Origin: Trichoplax sp. H2
Taxonomy: Eukaryota
Length of the DNA: 42,053 bases
Assembly: GCA_003344405.1 (NCBI GenBank)
Contig: NOWV01000230.1
Coordinates: 62,001-104,053, forward strand
Direction: 5' to 3'
The first letter of the stretch is position 1. Each line of letters opens with the position of its first letter. A program made the translations under genes and the position numbers. Below are positions 35,620 to 42,053 of the stretch, one piece after another. The notes under the pieces are model-generated. The model was not told the origin of the DNA. It made no database searches and saw nothing but the letters and a program-made list of their open reading frames with translations.

Positions 35620-36130
35620 TAACGTACAGTATTACAGATGGCTACAGATTGTACCATTATCAGTTCTTCGGTTCCAATCTGTATTACTGCGTACCGTAAG
35701 TCTGTACTGAAGTAACGCCGGCAGAGTTACACAGTACGTACTGTACAGTATAGTGCAGTACTGTAACGCAGTGTACAGTACTGTACGGTACAGTACGCTG
35801 TACTGTACAGTACAGCACAGTAAGCACAGGGCTTCGGATTCGGAAGCTCGAGAGTGGCAAGAAAGTAAGGAAGTCATTTAGTCGTTTAGCAATTTTGCCC
35901 CTATGCTTCTTACTCTTCTTCTGAAAAGCGTTTCCGCTACAGTACAAATGAGACTTATGTATACAGTACAGTACAGTACAGTACTGTTACATGTCGTTAC
36001 GTAGTGCATTATTAATAACGGGGGATATGCATGGTTAGTTACACAGTCTGTGCAGTACAGTACAGTACACTGAGTACAGTATAGTGTACAGTACTACAGG
36101 ACCACTTTCTGTTGGTACAGTACGTTGGTA
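35620..36130. repeat. Degenerate (CAGTA)n/(TACTG)n pentanucleotide microsatellite clusters
   Basis: Blocks at ~35730-35822, 35938-35987 and 36050-36125, e.g. TACAGTACAGTACAGTACAGTACTG. Confidence 0.9.
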
Positions 36131-36419
36131 CCATAAATTCGAAATTTCCCGCATCTCCCTGCAATTGGAATCCAATGATACCATTTGATTGTGAAATGAC
36201 TGTTAACTGAATTGTATTCAAGCTTGATTTCACTTATAAGATTACTATATGCTGTTACAACATTTGATACCATATTTATATTGCTAACTACATAAAATAA
36301 CCAACATCAAGATATCGCAATAGCCACTACTTCTTTTCTTGGCTGGAATAAATGTTATCCTATCACTATGAAATGAACATCTCATTGGATAAAATATAAT
36401 TTAAAAGTTCTCATCCACC

Positions 36420-38269
36420 ATGCGATTAAGAAGTGTCTTTGCTTATGGGTTCACTTTGATTACGTTCATATCCTTGCTGATTATCCAGCCTTATCTATTA
36501 ATATGTCTCCAATATAAGCTAAAACATATCCCAATTCAAGACACTGAATTGAAGAAAATCAAACCAAATTCTGGTACTACACATTGATATAATTAGACTG
36601 ATCTACGTTGAAGCATATAATTATTCCGATTTATGAGTTTATAGATAAAGTGTTAGAATTTAGAGACTTAGATAAGAAAATAATTATCTGCTTAATTCTT
36701 TATTTTAAATTTTATTGCATATTAGTAAAAACTACAGCGTTTGATTTGAATTCTGTATTTCCATCAAGTTATACAATGAATACGCCTACAACAGCCAACC
36801 AGCAAACTCATTCGGTAAAAGTTATTATTAGCTATAGCGATTAATCCATTTTTAATTATACTCTGTCTATATAAAACTAACATTTATCTTACTCTAATTA
36901 ATATCAACAGCAAGATAACTGCATGAGCCTAACTCAAAAGCTCCGTAATCGCCTCGACTATATACAGAATCCTGACGATTGCTCTACTGCTAAAAAAATT
37001 ATATGCGATCATAAAGAGGCTGGTATGGGCTCGACAATCCATCATTGGGTTTATTGCTTGATTTATGGATACTATACTAATCGAACGATGCTGATAGATA
37101 CAAGTAAATGGTCTTATTTACGAAATGTTATTAGTAAAGATGGGGTTGATCGTTTTGAAGATTTATTTCAGCCGATTTCCAAGTGTAGACTTACCGCTCA
37201 TGATAGTAATGCCGCTGTTGTATGGGAAAGTCCTAATCCTAATAATATCGTTAACGGTAAAAGCGATCCTGAATTGATCCCACAAGTTATAAGATTGCCA
37301 AGAGCAGGCATTCTTTTCCAAAATCTGCCCGAGGCACCACCCGTTTGTAATTATGCTATGCCTACAAAACTATTTTATGACATTTTGAATTTTAAGCATA
37401 AACCTATGGCTTGGTGGATTGGTACTATAGCGCAATATCTTATACAACCTAACGATTATCTACAAAAGTTTATCGATCAATCTCGCAGCAAATTCAAATT
37501 TCAGACCCCTATCGTCGGTCTACATATTAGACGTACCGATAAAGTATCCGAAAATGAGTTATACGACATTGATCAATATATGATTAAAGTAGACGAATTT
37601 TACAATCGTTCAGCCGAGTACAAAATAAAAAGACGAGTATTTGTAGTAACTGATGAACCTTGGCTAATTGAACAACTAATTACAAAGTATCCCAAGTACC
37701 GATTTATTCATCCTCCGATAGAACAGTTAAAAGCCGGTACATATACGACGAGATATTCTGCCGCCAATTTAAAATATTTTCTTCGAGATGTATTTCTACT
37801 AGCTGAGTGTCATCATATAGTTGGCACTATGTCATCTAATGTCGCCAGACTTGCATACGAATTACACGAAGTTATATATAATAAAACAGAAAGTCAACAT
37901 TTTACATCACTTGATATAAAATATCATATATTTGCATTTGCTCCGAATCGGATTGGCCCATGGATTATGCGAGCCAATCAAGATTGTTTTAGTAATACAT
38001 CTAATACTATCGATCTACTTGAAGGAGATATACTTGATCCTTGTGTACCTACGGAATCAAAAGAGCTGTACTACGGTTATTCTAAACGTTTACAAATATC
38101 AGGAAATTTTCTTCGATCTTGTGTTACTCATCTTCTAGATATTATAGACTATCCAGATTATAGTAAAGTAGATGAATCATTTTATTGGGGTGAGATCGAC
38201 GTAAACAGAACATATTCATTAAATAATATTTGTACTAAGTCATCAATAAGCGACATTTACGCCTTATAA
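36420..38269 (+). CDS. Intact FUT8-like alpha-1,6-fucosyltransferase (GT23), type II membrane protein, 3 exons (36420-36573, 36726-36814, 36911-38269), ~533 aa
   Basis: CCACC-ATG; signal anchor [32 protein letters not shown]; short stem exon; catalytic exon with [64 protein letters not shown] and an SH3-like C-terminus. Phases 1 and 0 join in frame. Confidence 0.9.
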
Positions 38270-38303
38270 ACATAGATATATTTTAATTGTAGCGACATAA
38301 ATG

Positions 38304-41300
38304 CTCATCTATCAGTTATAGATGATTTAGAAGAAGTTTAATTTGAAATTTTCCTTCATAGGAAATTCCAACATAGAAATAGATATAATCTATACGGATT
38401 AAATCAGGTAATGATTTAAATGTATGAATGACTTTGATAAGGGGCTTGTTATTAGATTCTCCTATATGGTAAATTTTACTTTAGGAATAATTCAAATTTA
38501 CAATTTTAACTAAATAATGGCAATGTTATACGTTTAAAATTGGAAGATTAACGGAAGTTTGAATAAAGTTAAATCATTGTTGACTCCCGATTACGTCTAT
38601 TAGAGCTTTGTGACCAGTTAGAGAACTTGGAGCAATTTCTCTCTCAGTTAGTGAAAGATACTAAAAGTGTAACAACTACACTTTACTATTAATAAGCTCA
38701 GATTGTTCTATAATTATTTTGTATTTTACTTGCAGTACCTTATCACCATAGTGTGAGAAAGTAACCATAAGCTATCGGTAAGCCTTAAACAAACTATATA
38801 TCGACTAGTAAACTAGTCGATATATATGAGAATGGAATGTGTTCGTTATGTATAACTTTATTTCATTTGCATTTGGTTTAATTAATTTGTAAAGACCATG
38901 GAATAGACGACATTTTTTGGCGGTACACTATACGATAAAACTGCTACTGACGATATGATTTAAAAATTCTTGACAGATTTCGTGGTAGTTATTAAGCGTC
39001 GAAAATATTCTTAATTTTCATTGTATCGTAGTAAAGGAGTAAAGGTAGAGTCCTTTATGGCTTTCAGTACGTAACTATTATTATTTTACTATAGAAAATA
39101 CCTAAAAAGTCATAGTGTCTTTAAGTTTTACCCTGCCAAATCATCATGTCGCCATCTTTTCTTCTTCATTATCTTACAATGTATTATATAGATTACTATA
39201 GAAGTAGCCCTAGAGCAATTGCCTAATCTAAAGAAAGGGCGTTTGATCGTCTATTCAAATTGTAACTGAATTTGACTTAGTAACAAAACCCTATCCTTAG
39301 AGAAAGGGGATTTATAATATGACAATATAGTACTGTAATGTAGTCTATAATCGTACAGTTACCGTACTGTACATCCTGACGCTAAAACATCCACTGTCAA
39401 TACTCAGCGATACTAATGTCAGAAAAGTCGTCGTAATAGTCATATAAAATTTTTTGATAAGTGATTACTGTGATCTCTATAAAATCCGGATTTTTGGGAT
39501 TCGGGTTCCGGAACCGATCGGATTTATGTCCGATATAATTTTCCTGTTTTAGTTTTTGGATTTTTGTTCATGGAAAATATTGTAAGAGTTGATTTTTAAA
39601 ATTTGAACTTTTTGTTATAAATTTGAAACTTTGGAATTTTATGACGTGACATGAAAGTCACTTTAGGAAAGTTTAGTTAGGAAAATAGAAAATAAGATGG
39701 AAATTGGCGGAGGTTGTGTTGGTTGTTAAGTAGTTTAGACTGTTATTTTTATGACTAAATCTTGATGTTTAAAGGTTGATTTATAGACTTGTATAGTGTA
39801 TTAATGATAGAAATTAAGTTAGAAGTGAAGTTTGATGTATTTTCATAGTTAACTTGCTTGTTTTATAGTGTTTTGTAAGGGAATCGTAGGGTAAATGATA
39901 TCTGAACTTTGAATGATATTTGTTTTCTTAAATGGTGCAAAGTAGTTTTCTAAAACAGATCTTAAGAGCGATTGGTTAGCAAATGTTTAGTTTTAAATAC
40001 CTCTGACGGCTCTACGAAGCCTATAAATGATAATGCAATTAGAAAATTTAGAGGGAGAGTAGAGGAAGATTCTTTTGAAGAACTTGTATAATTTAAAAGG
40101 CCTTCGGGGTCGAATTGTCGTAAGTTAAAACTTTGTTCTTTTTGAAAGGTTGTTTGGTCGTTGGCAGTTTTTAAGTCTGTCACTTGTTTTATTAATACTT
40201 AAAGCTAATTATTTGTAAGGTTGTTCGTTTTATGCTTCTCTCCATTTTTCATTTATCAGTTATAGATGATTTAGAAGAAGTTTAATTTGAAATTTTCCTT
40301 CATAGGAAATTCCAACATAGAAATAGATATAATCTATGCGGATGAAATCATGTAATGATTTTAAATGTATGAATGACTTTGATAAGGGGCTTGTTCTTAG
40401 ATTCTCCTTTATGGTAAATTTTACTGTAGGAATAATTTAAATTTACATTTTTAGCAAAATAATGGCAATGTTATACGTTTAAAATTGGAAGATTAACGGA
40501 AGTTTAAATAAGTTAAATCATTGCTGACTCCCGATTACGTCTATTAGAGCTTTATGCCCAGTTAGAGAACTGCTAGACTAGCATCGCTAGATAATATTGT
40601 TCTTAAGGATTGATATCTTTAACTATGCATTGTTGTTACCGTCATCTTGTATTGCTGTACCAGTAAATGATAAATTAATGTTGTACGGTACAAGTATGCT
40701 TATTAGTCAATTGTGTTATACTGAAAAATGATATCTCAAGAATGTTATCGCAATGTTGGAGAAGTTATGCATATTCATGCCAATGTTAGAATATATAAAT
40801 GAGGCGCTTTTACTATCTTGGGGAGTCGGTTCGAGTGTGAGTTAGTAAGTTAAGAAAGGAAATTTATTTGTTGTTGTTGGCTCAGCAAAAATTCCGCACG
40901 CTTTCGTAAATTCGTAAAGGTCAAACTGAGTCACAACACAATTTCTCTCTCAGTTAGTGAAAGATACTAAAAGTGTAACAACTACACTTTACTATTAGTA
41001 AGCTCAGATTGATCTATCATTATTTTGTATTTTACTTGCAGTACCTTATCATAATAGTGTGAGAAAGTAACTATAAGCTATCGGTAAGCCTTATTCCAAG
41101 ATTTGATTACCTAAACAAACTATCCACTGACTAGTAAACTAGTCGATATATTAGAATGGAATGTGTTCATTTTGTATAACGTTATTTCATTTGCACTCGG
41201 TTTAATTAATTTGTAAAGACTATGGAATAGACAACATTTTTCGGCTGTACACTACTATACAATAAAACTGCTACTGACGATATAATTTTAAAATTCTTGA

Positions 41301-41330
41301 CAGATTTCGTGGTTGTTATCAACCGTCGAA
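38304..41330 (+). repeat. Direct duplication ~38304-39005 / ~40249-41330; second copy has an extra ~365 bp (40572-40938)
   Basis: Long near-identical blocks such as TATCAGTTATAGATGATTTAGAAGAAGTTTAATTTG and CAATTTCTCTCTCAGTTAGTGAAAGATAC. The final ~75 bp also resembles 25022-25090. Confidence 0.92.
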
Positions 41331-41384
41331 AAAAAAAGGAATGTTTTAATGCAATTTTATTTTAATTTGTATGTTAGCAATCGC

Positions 41385-41710
41385 CGCAAATCGATGCCGT
41401 AGTTCCTGTGTTTGTCTTCTGTTAGAAATACCTGTTAGCTATTAAATAAAACTTTATTCCAATTCATATTGAATGATATCAATTTTATTAATTCTTTCTA
41501 GCATTTCAATCAACTAAATACGCACCAATACTATTTTGTAAGCTTACACTGTATGGTACTGTAAAATACTGTACAAGACATATCCACGGGATTGCCAGAA
41601 TACGGATTGTAGCTCTGAATGCTGTGCTACAGGCTATAATGTAGGATTGCATTTATATTTACATTTAGGATTGTTGTTGTATGTGCCTGCGACCGCTGCA
41701 AATGTCGTAC
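41385..41710 (+). pseudogene. Probable decayed Wnt-family relic
   Basis: Ordered frameshifted motifs: RCRSSCVC / SVRNTC* (cf. CKCHGxSGSCSVRTCW), AP.LFCKLTLYGTVKYC (cf. SPxFC...GTxGRxC), DCSSECCATGYN (cf. CxxxCCGRGYN) and CC/YV/CDRC (cf. WCCxVxCxxC). Confidence 0.5.
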
Positions 41711-42053
41711 TAACAGAGAAAACCACAGAACACTTTACGTCGTTATTATTATTGCATATCCAAGTTGCTGGCGTATCATTATATATGCAATAACCGTATA
41801 ATCAATGAAGTGTAAGAATTTACTGCCTGCCTTTCAAGATCATATGAAAGCAATACTATATTAAAATTGAATTTATTTAAAGTTATACAGATCACAATCG
41901 AGCAATTACACAACTGAAAATCCTGCTACTTACTATTTCGATAATGAGAAAATAAGCGTATTTGATTTGGTATAACGACTACATGTACAGTAAAAATTTT
42001 AAACTAGCTTATACTTAATGTCAAATAGCGATCGCTGTTAATTCTTAAATACG

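Noticed and set aside
35632..36233. ORFs 35632-35877, 35684-35947 and 36039-36233; repeat blocks superficially array-like
   Set aside because: Translations of the (TACTG)n microsatellite; no constant repeat-spacer structure or cas genes, so not CRISPR.
36608..36844. 78-aa ORF as a separate gene
   Set aside because: Intron sequence plus the 89-nt stem exon (36726-36814) of the FUT8-like gene.

Overview
Eukaryotic, very AT-rich animal genomic DNA with short GT-AG introns. It is not prokaryotic; a compact early-branching metazoan such as a placozoan is a guess from style only. (1) 297-11472 (+): the 3' 30 exons (~1,480 codons) of an adhesion GPCR with the architecture FN3x7-Ig-HormR-GAIN/GPS-7TM. 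It has a recent 775-bp FN3 exon duplication, dead FN3 pseudo-exons and a Tyr-motif/PDZ-type tail. (2) 14.8-15.6 kb: decayed EGF and discoidin-like fragments and a TA-flanked foldback (MITE-like) element. (3) 16547-18632 (+): an intact, two-exon very-long-chain acyl-CoA dehydrogenase (ACADVL) with an upstream NRF1-type palindrome. (4) 20-38.3 kb: a birth-and-death cluster of divergent FUT8-like (GT23) fucosyltransferases: one intact 3-exon gene, one frameshifted copy with a ~290-aa stem exon, one internally inverted copy, one old pseudogene and one fragment beside a 20-N gap. LINE relics, inverted and dispersed repeats and a (CAGTA)n microsatellite are interspersed. (5) 38.3-41.3 kb: a local duplication, followed by a probable decayed Wnt-family relic at ~41.4-41.7 kb. 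All exon models and alignments were read by eye; no searches were run.
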